Notes: a model not told the origin generated them from the letters alone. DNA of 64,000 nt from an uncultured Planctomycetaceae bacterium (GCA_963833985.1 CAWIAD010000002.1:224001-288000), one strand, 5' to 3'. Shown: positions 1 to 13,231, counted from the first letter of the stretch. Numbers and translations: made by a program.

Positions 1-2
1 GC

Positions 3-2560
<2,558 letters not shown>

Positions 2561-2646
2561 AAACGCCGGCCCCGGCACGGACCCGCCCCGGACGCCGGTG
2601 CGCGGGAAGACGGCTGGCCGCTCGCCCCGGACGCGCACGCACTGAC

Positions 2647-3615
2647 TCACTCCTTGGCCAGAGTCATGCTCGTGAGCGTGTCGGTGGTCTGTTCGAGGTT
2701 TTGCCCCATCACCGAGATCGACATCTGAAGCTTGTCGTTGACCCTGGATGAAACGACACGGCCGGCCTGGGGATCAAACTGGTACGATCCCGTCCCCTTC
2801 TGAGAGCTGATCTTGGCGGCGATGTTGCTGTCGGCGGCTGGCTCCAGAGTCACCTTGGTGTCCAGCAGGACCTGTACCAGGCTGGGCTGCTCGGGTGCAG
2901 GGCCGTCGAAGGTGTACGTCTTGTCCATGACCATTGTACCCAGCTTCGGCAGTTCCATCCTCGCTTGATGGGTCCAGCTCTTGCCCTTATCCAGGGGTGC
3001 CTCGGCAAGGGTGAGTCCGGACTGACTGATCAACTGCTTCATCCCTTCCTCGCTGAACATGCCGCCTGCGGCCGCGGCTGGCCCCGCCTGGCGCAGCGTG
3101 TTCAGCAGCTTCTGCGGGACTTTGACGTCGCTCAGCTCGCCAACGCCGTTCATCTTAAAGGTGAACTCCGCGCCGACCAGAGCCTTCAGCATGGGTATAA
3201 GCATGGCTGCTGCCTGCCCCTCGGGCTCCTTGCCGGCCTGCGAGTCAAACTCGAAGGTGTTGCCCGGCGCCTCGATCTTGGTACGCACCCGGTCGATGGT
3301 TTGAGTCAGCTCGGCCACGCCGTCGGCAGCAACCGATTTGACGCTCCAGTGAAGGTTGACCTGCTGGTCGAGCTTGGTCTTGAATTCCTGCCCCATTGCC
3401 TTCATGGCTTGCGTGGTCTGCTGCTCCATCTTGTAATGCAAAGTTTCACCAGGCTTGAACTTCCAGCGCAGCGTCTCGGCCCCTTGAGCGGCCTGGACAA
3501 GGACCGCGGCTGGCAGCAGCAGGGCTGCACAGACCATCCGATGAAGGCCTGTTCGCGGGCTTCGCATGCGCCCGCCTTGAGGTTGTTCCGTCATTTTCCG
3601 CTGCATCGGTCTCAT
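2647..3615 (-). CDS. Secreted hypothetical protein (DUF6263-like)
   Basis: Signal-peptide-like segment followed by LRWKFKPGETLHY; beta-rich. The true start may be 3567. Confidence 0.7.
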   Translation of the reverse strand: MRPMQRKMTEQPQGGRMRSPRTGLHRMVCAALLLPAAVLVQAAQGAETLRWKFKPGETLHYKMEQQTTQAMKAMGQEFKTKLDQQVNLHWSVKSVAADGVAELTQTIDRVRTKIEAPGNTFEFDSQAGKEPEGQAAAMLIPMLKALVGAEFTFKMNGVGELSDVKVPQKLLNTLRQAGPAAAAGGMFSEEGMKQLISQSGLTLAEAPLDKGKSWTHQARMELPKLGTMVMDKTYTFDGPAPEQPSLVQVLLDTKVTLEPAADSNIAAKISSQKGTGSYQFDPQAGRVVSSRVNDKLQMSISVMGQNLEQTTDTLTSMTLAKE

Positions 3616-3809
3616 CCTTTCGGTAGTTGATCACTCTGGCGGTGCACGCATCACCGCGAGGTTGCGCCGGGCTGGCCTGAAAGTCTTCAAGGCAAGTCGC
3701 ATTCCGACCGAAGGCCGCTCCCGACGTGAATCTTCCAAGGCGGGGCAGACCCGGGCCGTACGGATTGCCAGCATAGCCGGTTCAAGCGGTAAATCCATGG
3801 CCTGGCTGT

Positions 3810-4490
3810 TCAGTCGTCGATGTTCGTGTCGGGGGGAAGGGGTTGGATGGGGTTGATCGGTCCCCCCCGGTAGTGGTAGCGCAGCAGGTACGACATGAGA
3901 GCGAAGTCGTAAAGGGAGTGCGTGACCATGACAACCAGCAGGTTCCCGGTGAGCAGGTACGCGGCCCCCAGGTAGAGGCCCAGCACCGAGGTGACCACGA
4001 CGTAAGGCAGCGAGATGGGGTGGAGCAGGCCGAACAGCAGGCTGGCGATGACCAGGCCCCAGCCCGCCCCCAGCCAGGCGGTCAGCGACGACTGGAGCAC
4101 TCCGCGGAAGAGCATCTCCTCGCCGACCCCCGCCGACAGGGCAATCAGCGCCATGTCCGACCAGGCGCTGCCCGCCAGGAGTGGAATGAACTCGTCCTCA
4201 CAGAAGGATTTAATTTCTCTGAGCGGACCGATGGGCGAGCGGAGTGTGAGCAGGAAGAGGAGGATCATGGGGACGGCCGCCAGGGCGCCCCAGAGCGCAT
4301 CGGCCTGGTTCCAGGCGAACCGCGCCAGCGGGTTATGTCCCAGCCACCATCCCAGAAGCAATGAGAGCGGTGCCAGCCCGCCTTCGAAGAAGACCGCGAA
4401 CATGACGATCACATCGCGCCCCGGTTGATCGTCTTCGTTCTCGGCTTCCAAGAGGGCCTCCCGCTCCTCAACGGGACTGAAACTCTGCAT
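3810..4490 (-). CDS. CPBP (CAAX/Abi) intramembrane glutamic endopeptidase
   Basis: EEMLFRG, FGLLH and HSLYD motifs; hydrophobic; GGAG precedes the ATG at 4490. Confidence 0.9.
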   Translation of the reverse strand: MQSFSPVEEREALLEAENEDDQPGRDVIVMFAVFFEGGLAPLSLLLGWWLGHNPLARFAWNQADALWGALAAVPMILLFLLTLRSPIGPLREIKSFCEDEFIPLLAGSAWSDMALIALSAGVGEEMLFRGVLQSSLTAWLGAGWGLVIASLLFGLLHPISLPYVVVTSVLGLYLGAAYLLTGNLLVVMVTHSLYDFALMSYLLRYHYRGGPINPIQPLPPDTNIDD

Positions 4491-4688
4491 GCTCGACTCC
4501 TGGAGGAACCGCGGCGTTTCCGTTCGTCGACGAATCAGGCACGGCATCGAACTTGACGTACTAAACAACCTAGCGGGTAGAACCGTGCTTGTCGACCCTC
4601 AAACTCCCAACCTTCCTCGCGGGCCGCAGGAGTGTCGTCATCTCACCGTGCCGGAACGTTCGCGGAAAACCATGGGTGCCCGGCTGCC

Positions 4689-6110
4689 TCACTGGCTGAC
4701 CGTCTTCTTGGAATGTGTGTCCGCCAGGCTCACACGGCACGGCTCGATGCCCTTGTGGCGGATCACGTAGAGCACCGCAACCTGGGTCTGGACCGCCTCG
4801 GGCTGCCGCAGGATGTAGAGGATGTTGTCCGGGCGAATCGTCTCCCAGTGATGTGTACCCACGTTCATACCGACCAGGATGTCGCCCTTCTGGATGGCCG
4901 CCTGGGCCGCCGGGCTCCCTGGCAGCACCGACTCGACCAGGAGGCCCCCGCGCAGTCGGGGAGAGACCGCCGAGACCCAGTCGGGCGAGACCACCATGGT
5001 TTTCAGCCCCAGGATCTCCCAGACCTGGTCGGACGGCTCCCTGGCCACAACGTTCATGCCGTGAGGCACAGGCTTCACCTCCAGCGGCAAGGTCTGGTCG
5101 GCGCCGTCCCGGCGAATCAGGAGGCTGGTCGCCCGGCCCGGATGGCTCTCGAGCAGGCCCCGCTCCACATCCAGCATGCTCGACACGGCCAGGTCGCCCA
5201 CGCGCAGCAGCTGGTCGCCCGTCTTGAACCCGGCGCTGGCGGCCGGGCTTTCGGGCTGAATCTCGGTGACCACCACCACGCGTCCGGCGCCACGGATCAT
5301 GTCGTCCACTACCAGCCCGTGCCAGGTGGAAGCGATGCGCCGGGTGCTGAGCATCTCGGCGGCAACCCGCTTTACCTCGTCGATGGGCAGGGCGAACCCG
5401 ATCCCCTGGGCGCCGGCACGGACCGCCACGTTGATGCCGATCAGCTCGCCATTGATATTGATGAGCGGTCCGCCGGAGTTCCCCGGATTGATGCTGGCGT
5501 CGGTCTGCACGAGGTTGCGATAAACCTGCTCGTCCGAAAGCGTCACGTCCCGGTGCAACGCACTGATGATCCCGACGGAGACCGTGTTCTCGTAGCCGAA
5601 GGCATTGCCTATGGTGATCACCGTCTCGCCCACCATGAGGTCGGCCGAGGTACCGATCGTGATCGCCCGCAAGGGACGCGCCGGCTCGACCTTCACCAGC
5701 GCCAGATCCATCACCGGATCGAACTGGAGGATGCGGCCGGGATATGTGGTTCCGTCGACAAGCTGGATCTCGATGCCCTGAACTTTGTCCACGACGTGAT
5801 GGTTCGTCAGGATGTAGCCGCGCGGGTCGACGATCACGCCGCTCCCCATACCGCTGATCCGGGACCGCTGATTCTCTTCTGCCGTGAATGGCCAGCGGCT
5901 GTTCGACGCCGCCTTCTTCTCGCTCGAGATGTTCACCACGCAGGAACGCGTCTTGTCCACGGCCTCGACAATGGGCGTCCGCCGCGTCCCGGACGCCGTC
6001 CCTGAACCTGCAACCGCCTGCACAGGGCAGAGCACAACGGCCACCAGGATGAGGGTCCGTGCGCACGCTCCGGCAACTTCCGCTCTGTGTCGCAACCACG
6101 GCATTGGCAC
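4689..6110 (-). CDS. HtrA/DegP-family serine protease with two PDZ domains
   Basis: TNHHV, DLAL and QTDASINPGNSGG catalytic motifs; two SPAxxAG/AA PDZ segments. Confidence 0.93.
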   Translation of the reverse strand: MPMPWLRHRAEVAGACARTLILVAVVLCPVQAVAGSGTASGTRRTPIVEAVDKTRSCVVNISSEKKAASNSRWPFTAEENQRSRISGMGSGVIVDPRGYILTNHHVVDKVQGIEIQLVDGTTYPGRILQFDPVMDLALVKVEPARPLRAITIGTSADLMVGETVITIGNAFGYENTVSVGIISALHRDVTLSDEQVYRNLVQTDASINPGNSGGPLININGELIGINVAVRAGAQGIGFALPIDEVKRVAAEMLSTRRIASTWHGLVVDDMIRGAGRVVVVTEIQPESPAASAGFKTGDQLLRVGDLAVSSMLDVERGLLESHPGRATSLLIRRDGADQTLPLEVKPVPHGMNVVAREPSDQVWEILGLKTMVVSPDWVSAVSPRLRGGLLVESVLPGSPAAQAAIQKGDILVGMNVGTHHWETIRPDNILYILRQPEAVQTQVAVLYVIRHKGIEPCRVSLADTHSKKTVSQ

Positions 6111-6608
6111 GGCGTCATCCCCACTGCGTTAAACTGAGGCGGATGCTAAAGTCACCCTGATCCGCGTGACCGATTCGACTCCCGGCACGGCGTCGTCGAT
6201 GGTCGTTGCTGCCTGGTTCTGGATCGGTTACCCCACTTTGCGGCTTGAACCTTGTCATATCGAAAACCCCCAGCTTTCCCTCTTGCCGTAATTACCCGTA
6301 ACATCCTAAAAGCTTGCCTACACCGAAGACTCAGCCGAGAAATCATCCCCCCGGTACGGGCCAATCTGCTGGTGACCTGTCACGCCGGCCCTTCGTCCGG
6401 GAGTATCTCTGCTGGCGAATGCCCTGGGCGGCGCTCGAACCGCGAAGCCGCAACCGATCCTGGACGGGTTGACTTCCGAGCGGTCGGAGGGCCACAACAG
6501 GTAATGGAGATCGAGAGCAGCCGCGAGAATCGGAACAGCTTGCGGCTCTGAGCGTCGCAGCAGTGCCTGGCCGGCAGGCGCGGATGATCAGTATGGGAGG
6601 TGCATTTT

Positions 6609-6930
6609 ATGGCGGAAAAATCGGCGCGACGGCAAAGTCTCGAGGCAAGCCTGGCGGAAGACCCCGCCGATACGTTCTTGCGCTATGGTCTGGCGATGCA
6701 GTGCTTGCGGGAAGGAGACATCGACGAGGGCCGGGCTCGCCTGCATGCGCTCATTGCCGAACACCCGGAGGACCAGATCGCCGCATACCAGCAACTCGGT
6801 CAGTCTTACCTGGAAACTGGTGAATCCGCCACCGCCGGAGAGATCTTGCGGACCGGCATCCAGCGCCGGGGTCCGGGGTGATTTCCATGCCGTTTCGGAG
6901 ATGGAAGGCCTGCTGGGCTCGTTGCCGTGA
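6609..6930 (+). CDS. Small TPR protein; frameshift at ~6865
   Basis: GGAGG then MAEKSARR...DPADTFLRYGLAM...AAYQQLGQ. It continues in another frame as RGDFHAVSEMEGLLGSLP*. Confidence 0.75.
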
Positions 6931-6957
6931 CGGTTCCGGTCCGAAGGCAGCAGGCTG

Positions 6958-8250
6958 GTGCCAGTCAACCAGAAAGCACCCCGGCTCACGGACATCCCGA
7001 GAGCCAGCCGGGTTCTCTGCAACCCCGCGCAACATCGGTCATCCGAGTGTGAGGCAAATCGCGTGGAACCAGTGACGACAGCAGATGTTCGGACCGGGGG
7101 ATCGGCCGCCGGCGAGACGTCGGTTTTCACTTTTCCCAACCGCATCCTCTTTGGCATCGGGTCGAGATCGACCCTGCCCGCGGAGCTTCGGCAGCTGGGC
7201 GTTCGCCGGCCGCTCATTGTCACGGATGCCGGACTGGCGGGCTCCGGGATGGTCGCGCAGGTGATCTCCTTGCTCGGTCCGGCCCCCGTCTTCCCGGGTG
7301 TTCAGGGCAACCCCACGGAGGACGATGTGCTGCAAGGGCTGGAGCGCTACCGGAACGAAGACTGCGACGGCCTGATCGGCCTGGGAGGGGGAAGCTCGAT
7401 CGACGCTGCCAAGGCCATCCGCCTGCTGGCCACGCATCCCGGTACGCTCGCCGATTACGACTTCACTCAGGGAGGGCTGGACCGGATCACGGCCGATCTG
7501 CCGCCGATGCTGGCTGTTCCCACCACGGCGGGAACCGGCAGCGAAGCCGGACGCGGAACGCTCATCCAGCTTCCGGGCACCGGGCGCAAGACGATCGCGC
7601 TGAGCCCGCATCTGCTGCCAGGCACGGCCATTTGCGACCCCGAGCTGACGCGCTCGCTGCCGCCTGTCCTGACCGCGGCCACCGGCATGGATGCGCTTTC
7701 CCACTGCGTGGAAAGCTTCCTCTCACGCACGTTCCACCCCATCTGCGACGGGATTGCCGTCGAGGGCCTGCGATCCATCTTCAAGGGCCTCGAAACCGCC
7801 GTGCGCGACGGCGACAACATGGATGCACGCACTGCGATGATGACCGGAGCACTCCTGGGAGGCATCAGCTTCCACAAAGGACTCGGCGTGATTCACTCGC
7901 TCTCACACGCCCTCGGGTCGGAAGGGCGCGTGCACCATGGAACGCTGAACGCGATCCTCTTGCCACACGGCCTTAGGTTCAATCGCGAGCCGGCGGAGGC
8001 GCGCCTCAGCGAACTGGCAAGCCGGATTGGTCTGGGCCGCGGAGGGGACGGTGCCGGCCATCTTGTGACGCTTATGGAGCTGGTGCTCGCCCGGCTCCCC
8101 CTGCCGCGCCGGCTCCGCGACCTGGATGGACTGCACCGCGGCAAGATCAGCGCATACGCCCAGCTCGCGATGCTGGACCACTGCCACCGCACCAATCCCC
8201 GGCCGTGCACTCAGGCCGACATGGAGATGCTGCTCGAGCGGGCCTGGTGA
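6958..8250 (+). CDS. Iron-containing alcohol dehydrogenase
   Basis: GGGSSIDAAK, PTTAGTGSE, DALSHCVE, HSLSH and HG metal ligands. The start may be ~7072. Confidence 0.93.
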   Translation: MPVNQKAPRLTDIPRASRVLCNPAQHRSSECEANRVEPVTTADVRTGGSAAGETSVFTFPNRILFGIGSRSTLPAELRQLGVRRPLIVTDAGLAGSGMVAQVISLLGPAPVFPGVQGNPTEDDVLQGLERYRNEDCDGLIGLGGGSSIDAAKAIRLLATHPGTLADYDFTQGGLDRITADLPPMLAVPTTAGTGSEAGRGTLIQLPGTGRKTIALSPHLLPGTAICDPELTRSLPPVLTAATGMDALSHCVESFLSRTFHPICDGIAVEGLRSIFKGLETAVRDGDNMDARTAMMTGALLGGISFHKGLGVIHSLSHALGSEGRVHHGTLNAILLPHGLRFNREPAEARLSELASRIGLGRGGDGAGHLVTLMELVLARLPLPRRLRDLDGLHRGKISAYAQLAMLDHCHRTNPRPCTQADMEMLLERAW

Positions 8251-8434
8251 AAGGCACCGCGCAGGTGACCGGGGCTCATGCCGGACCAGTGGAATTCCGA
8301 ATCGTGATGCACCTCGTGCCATGGGAGGGGAGATGACCAGAGAGCCGGATGGCTCATGGTTCGCGAGGGCGCCATCGGCGCCCCAGTCCGTCAACATAGC
8401 TCCCTTCGGCCCCCGTGGCCAGCGTCAGTGCCGG

Positions 8435-8545
8435 CAGCAGGTTGCGGCAATCCGGCGGCTGAGGTCGGAGGGAGGGGAGATCGCGGTAATCGCGCGAGCC
8501 ACCGGGTGGTCCCGCACGCCGATCGACCGCATCCTGGGCGAAGAG
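8435..8545 (+). pseudogene. Remnant of a resolvase C-terminal helix-turn-helix
   Basis: QVAAIRRLRSEGGEIAVIARATGWSRTPIDRIL resembles the HTH tail of small serine recombinases; no catalytic domain upstream. Confidence 0.5.
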
Positions 8546-8690
8546 TGTCAGGCTCATCTCTGGCCGGCGACGGAGGGCCGGCCAGGGACATGGCTTGCGT
8601 CACGAGGCCGATGTAAGCTGTGAGTTAGTATCGAGGCTTTCGAGGTGATGAGGGCACGGGCCGTCGGCGGCTTCAGGAGGCTCGGGCGTT

Positions 8691-9089
8691 ATGCATGAGG
8701 AAGAATATTGGGACCGTCTCGAATACCGGGTTTGCCAGGAAATCGCGGGGCTAAAACTAGCCGACTTCCGTGCATACTGGTGCGACGGATTCATCCCATT
8801 GACGTATGAATTTCCTGACCCGTCACCAAGGATCGTCGGTCGAGTCTGGATAGGCATAGGACCCCGAAGGCAGGAGGAATGGGAGTTCACATTGCTACTC
8901 GGTCGGCAAGCCGAGTCCCACGAGGCTATCGAATGGTCGGCCCTGCTTCCGGCACAAGATGTCACGAGGTGGCTTAGTATCGATCCCGTGGGCAAGCGAC
9001 TCGTAGTGGAGCCGACCGCTGCAGTGAAAGACGCGTCCGAATGCCTCGTGCGCGCAACGCCCCGACTGGGCCTAAATCATAAACGGTGA
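8691..9089 (+). CDS. Hypothetical protein
   Basis: AGGAGG RBS; protein-like Trp/acidic composition (LEYRVCQE...WCDGF...WEFTLLL). Confidence 0.75.
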   Translation: MHEEEYWDRLEYRVCQEIAGLKLADFRAYWCDGFIPLTYEFPDPSPRIVGRVWIGIGPRRQEEWEFTLLLGRQAESHEAIEWSALLPAQDVTRWLSIDPVGKRLVVEPTAAVKDASECLVRATPRLGLNHKR

Positions 9090-9113
9090 AATGTAGGTCA
9101 TCCGTTGCATTAT

Positions 9114-9527
9114 TCACCGACGCCCTTCGATCCTTGGGCTGATCCTTGCCCAGTCTCTGATGATCACCAGGAAGCCGGTCCAGAAAGCGAGGGGGCAGAT
9201 GACGATAATGAACAAGCCGACCGACGCTTGAGCCAGGAGTAGACCGAACGTAATGAAGCAAATGGCGATGATCCCTGCTCGGAGCCACGGTCGATCAACA
9301 GCCAGCACTGAATAGGTGCAAGTCCCAAGGGCAATTGCAGTTACGAACACCAATTCCGCCGATGTGGGCATCACACAGGACAGGGCCAGTAAGTGGGCCA
9401 AGGTCATGGCCGTGGCAGCGCTGGGCCTGACGCCCCCGCGAGTGAGCAGGTACGTGAACATGCCCGCTGCAATCGCAACTTTGGCGAGGACGTCGAGCAC
9501 TGAGAACCACGCAACAAGGTCCCCCAT
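9114..9527 (-). CDS. Small multi-TM hypothetical protein
   Basis: Four to five hydrophobic segments. Confidence 0.6.
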   Translation of the reverse strand: MGDLVAWFSVLDVLAKVAIAAGMFTYLLTRGGVRPSAATAMTLAHLLALSCVMPTSAELVFVTAIALGTCTYSVLAVDRPWLRAGIIAICFITFGLLLAQASVGLFIIVICPLAFWTGFLVIIRDWARISPRIEGRR

Positions 9528-9600
9528 CGGTGAAAATCGCTCGGCCCAAGTTCCTTGGATGTGTCAGCGTCGGGCTCGACGCCCAACATCACTGCCTTCT

Positions 9601-9636
9601 GGCGGGTTGCGCCGCCTGCGGCGATTCACCCACCCC
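9601..9636. repeat. REP-like imperfect palindrome
   Basis: ggcgggttg-cgccgc-ct-gcggcg-attc-acccacc folds into a nested hairpin. Confidence 0.5.
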
Positions 9637-9665
9637 GTCCGGAATAACTGTAAGCTCTGTTCTCT

Positions 9666-9746
9666 AGTCGAGGCTTTCCGCCAAGGATTTGACGTAAGTC
9701 CTTAAACAACGTCCCCCATTTCGTCAATGCGATGGGGATACTCACC
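9666..9746. repeat. 81-bp direct repeat, copy 1
   Basis: 74/81 identical to 10944..11024 by manual alignment. Confidence 0.92.
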
Positions 9747-10033
9747 GCCAAGTCGAAGAGTTCCGTGAAGCGGTCCTCACAGTTGAAGGCTTGCAAGACG
9801 AAGACGAGCGTTCCCCTGTTATGACGGTACTCGGGGCGAGCGATCGCTCGAAACAGAGCGTCCACCAGAGCCTCTGTAGGTACTTGGGCATGGAGGGCCG
9901 CGTGATTGCGTCGTCCGGGATCGGGGGATTCTATGGCAGTCAGGATTTGATCGAAGGACTCGTAATCGTCGTCTCTCGGCTTGAGCAGACATCGGATAGA
10001 TCCCTGATGTAGAAAGTCTCGAAAATAGATCAC
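9747..10033 (-). pseudogene. Helical hypothetical gene probably truncated by the repeat
   Basis: ORF 9626..10033 reads protein-like up to ...FTELFDLA, then runs into the 81-bp repeat (VSIPIALTK...). Confidence 0.5.
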
Positions 10034-10069
10034 CCTTTCCGCACCAGAGAGTTCGCGGGTCCCGTTGCG

Positions 10070-10843
10070 TTAGCCGGTATACGAGGCCTCGGGCCAGCAA
10101 TGCAGGGGAGTCGGTGCGATCACGCAGCTTCCGATCCGTAGAGACAGACGGAACACAATCCAGAAGGACCCGACGAGGCTGAGTGCTAGAAGGGGGAGTA
10201 TGAACACTGGCCTCGACAGGAGATCACAGGCCCCGAACACGATCAGGGTTGAAAACCAGACAGCGAATCCGCTCAGCAGGGATGCGCCCGCCAATAGGGC
10301 CGCTGCACTGTTCGCGACCCGATGCGATGGCTGGACGGATCGAGGGGGCCACCCCTGGCTCCTCCGAGCTCGATTGCTCTCCGGTCCCACCCACACTTGA
10401 ACCCGACCGAAGAGTGCCGACGTGATCCCCATGGCCATCATGAACGCGAACGCCGCTCCGCCTCCAACGATGGTCAGCATAGCGGCCACAACTTGGCCCT
10501 CCAATGAAGCAACTTGCTTCGCCCCGCGCACGGATTTGGCCAAGATCAACACGGCCAACACCATGACGAGACCCGCAACACACGCCTTGACGAAGCCGAG
10601 TGCTGCCTGGAACCCCGCACAAGCGATGCTCCTCATACGCTGGTGGTCGAACCGCAGAAGCCAGACAGCCGTGAGGAAGTCTTCCCAACCGAATTTCATG
10701 CAGGCCACAGCGATGCCCAGCATCGAGTTGGCAGTGAGCTCGAACGCCGCTAGCCCCAGGATGAGAGGTAGGGACTGCCAGAGCAAGCCGAGACCCCAGC
10801 GGGGTAAAGCTCTGTCATCCGCATCATCGGCCCCACCGCTCAT
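10070..10843 (-). CDS. Multi-TM hypothetical membrane protein
   Basis: 257 aa with about six hydrophobic segments; lies between the two repeat copies. Confidence 0.7.
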   Translation of the reverse strand: MSGGADDADDRALPRWGLGLLWQSLPLILGLAAFELTANSMLGIAVACMKFGWEDFLTAVWLLRFDHQRMRSIACAGFQAALGFVKACVAGLVMVLAVLILAKSVRGAKQVASLEGQVVAAMLTIVGGGAAFAFMMAMGITSALFGRVQVWVGPESNRARRSQGWPPRSVQPSHRVANSAAALLAGASLLSGFAVWFSTLIVFGACDLLSRPVFILPLLALSLVGSFWIVFRLSLRIGSCVIAPTPLHCWPEASYTG

Positions 10844-10943
10844 GAAATTCGTCCAGCAACGACAAAGCTGTAAGAACCGGTTGTGGGATTACTGCCCACA
10901 TGTCTCCTGGCAAGCCTGTGTCCGTGGGGAAACTCTCGTTACA

Positions 10944-11024
10944 AGTCGTGGCTTTACGCCGAGGATTTTACGTAAGTCCTCAAACAACGTCCCCGATTTC
11001 GTCAATGCGATGGGGATATTCACC
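10944..11024. repeat. 81-bp direct repeat, copy 2
   Basis: 74/81 identical to 9666..9746. Confidence 0.92.
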
Positions 11025-11500
11025 CTTCACACATCGTACAATGATCAGCGCGCACGCCCGGTGGTCATCAGACGTCCATCTGTCTGGAGATCTCCATCCT
11101 CGAATGATACCGCGCAGGGACGCTCGTCGCACCAGCGCCGAACGGCGAACTTCGCCCGAGGATCAACGGCTTCCAATGCCGGGGCCGTGGCGGCCGCTTG
11201 GAAGGCCATCACGGTGCCTTCCGAGCCGAGCGCGCGTCGTTGCCTCACCGCCAAAGCCCTCGACGGGGCCGTGGACGCTTCCGGGATCGAGTAACGCCTC
11301 CCTGGCACAAATGGCTCCGGAGCCGTGATCCGACCGCTTCCTGGGGCGAGTTCGCTCATCGGGATAACGGCCGGTCTGCCCGGGACCATGCTTCGTGGAG
11401 CCGACCAAGCCGGTCAAGCTCCTCGGCATCGGCCCAGATGGCGCGATGTCTCCGACGGCCCACCCGCCGGACATGGATGTAGCCCTTCTTGAACAGTCCT

Positions 11501-12130
11501 TCAGCCGGTTGTCGCCCCGATCCACTCAATGCGGACCATCGCCTGCTCGGCGTTCCCGAGAATCGTCACGGTCACCCGCTCGATGAGGGCGCGAACGATC
11601 TCCTTGCGGTCTGCCGCAGGGGGTGTCGGCGGCGTTCCACAGGGCCGGGATGTCGGCGGCCAGGGCCCGGATGCGGCCGAGCTCCTCCGGGCCCGGCTTC
11701 CGGGGCGATTCGCGGCGGAATCGATCATAGCCCTCGCGGGCCTCCTGCTCGCTGCGCAGCGTTTCCTCCCAACGCCGCTCCAGCGTCCGGACGACCAGCC
11801 GGTTGTCCGGGTCGGCGGCTTCATTGCTCCGCTCCGCCAGGCGGGCTCCGTGGCCGGCCCGTTCTAGCTCCGCCTTCCAGTGCGCGTCCAGGCGAGCCCT
11901 CTGCCGCTCGATGTCCTCGGCCGCCGCCAGGCTCAGCTCGATTCCGGCGGGGGTCAGGGCCCGCAGCACCTGCTCGCTGACGGCCGCATCCAGGACCGCG
12001 ACGGTGATCCCGGAGCAAGGCCGGGGCTCGCCGTGCTGGCGGCGAGCGACGCAGTCGTGCCGCTGCCGCGAGCTGGCGCCGTAGAGCATCCCCTTGCGGT
12101 GGCCGCCATGCCCGCAGTACGCCAACCCCG
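11501..12130 (-). pseudogene. Internal fragment of a large serine recombinase (zinc ribbon plus coiled coil)
   Basis: YCGH...C...CSGI...LDAAVSEQVLRALTP...AADPDNRLVVRTLERRWE, frameshifting into ADRKEIVRALIERVTV. The catalytic N-terminus is absent. Confidence 0.8.
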
Positions 12131-12355
12131 TGTGCGGGGCGATGCCCTGCCGAGCGCGGGCCGGCGGGCGTCACACGGCGCGGGGAGGGACTGGACTGTT
12201 AACTGGTTGGAGCATGGCTCGTCTCCTCGGGGTGGATGCGTTCGGTAGAGCCGGCCGGCCAGTTCCAGGAGGGCCGACGCGGCGACAACCGAGACGTCAA
12301 CCGCTCCCGGAGATGACACGGGGTGGAGTTGCATTCTGTCGCAGATCTTTGTGTC

Positions 12356-13015
12356 TTAGCCAGCTTGCTTCCGGCAGCGACGCCGGGCCAAGACCGCGCC
12401 CGCCATCACGGCAACAAGACCCAGGCTGAGCGCCGGAGGTTCCGGAACTGCGGTGATGCTGAACGACAGCGATCCGCCGTTGGGAAGCGGTGCGTAGTTG
12501 AAGCCCGTGTCGTCCGCCGCGTACTGGTTGGCACCCGGCGTGGTGTCAAAACTGATGCTCCCGCTCCCTGAAGCGAGCGCCTCCAGCGTGAACGAGTAGT
12601 AAACACCGTTCTCGCTGATGGCCGGCGCGGAGCTGGAATTATTGAAGATGCCGATGGCGTTTCCTGGATTGAGCGAGGAGGTCGTGTCAAAGGCGGCGGG
12701 TTGCCCCGCGTAGAGGAAGACCGAACCGGACCCCGAGCCATACGTGGTGGTGAGCCCAGAGGCCGTACCGGGATTCGGGATTGTCTTGAACAGCGAGGAC
12801 GAGAACAGAATGCTCGTGTCCAGGTTGAAGATGAAATCACTCCCCACGGCGAGGCTGGTGATGTTGACATCAATCGTCACTTGCTCGCCCACCGTGAGAT
12901 GGCTCAGGTCCTGAGGCGAGGAGAGTGTGGCGATGGGGGTCGTGCCGGCGAAGGCACCTGGCGCTGCACACAGAAGTGCGGCAGCCAACGACAAGCAAAC
13001 AACCAATCGCATCAT
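12356..13015 (-). CDS. PEP-CTERM exosortase-targeted protein (cohesin-like beta domain)
   Basis: Signal peptide; C-terminal VPEP, TM helix, then RRRCRK. Confidence 0.88.
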   Translation of the reverse strand: MMRLVVCLSLAAALLCAAPGAFAGTTPIATLSSPQDLSHLTVGEQVTIDVNITSLAVGSDFIFNLDTSILFSSSLFKTIPNPGTASGLTTTYGSGSGSVFLYAGQPAAFDTTSSLNPGNAIGIFNNSSSAPAISENGVYYSFTLEALASGSGSISFDTTPGANQYAADDTGFNYAPLPNGGSLSFSITAVPEPPALSLGLVAVMAGAVLARRRCRKQAG

Positions 13016-13231
13016 CGAACGACCCCTCCGTCATTGGCTCTGCTGCAAGGACCGATTGCGGGACAAGCCATCCTGTCGAATGGCCACGGCTTGACCCGCG
13101 ACCGTGACAGCTTTGTAACAGGATCGGCTGCTGGCGTTCGTCTTTCAAGCGTGTTGTCGGGAAGCCACACTGGGAAGACGAGCGCGGCGGACTGTCGATT
13201 TCGAGCAGGAATCATACCGGAGAAACGTGCC

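Noticed and set aside
6165..6200. gattcgactccc resembling a tRNA T-arm
   Set aside because: No acceptor, D or anticodon stems can be built around it.
8600..11100. Integron cassette array
   Set aside because: No intI, genes lie in both orientations, and the repeats lack RYYYAAC...GTTRRRY attC structure.
11045..11500. Short ORFs between repeat copy 2 and the recombinase relic, including a globin-like DVALLEQSF
   Set aside because: Too short and degenerate to assign.
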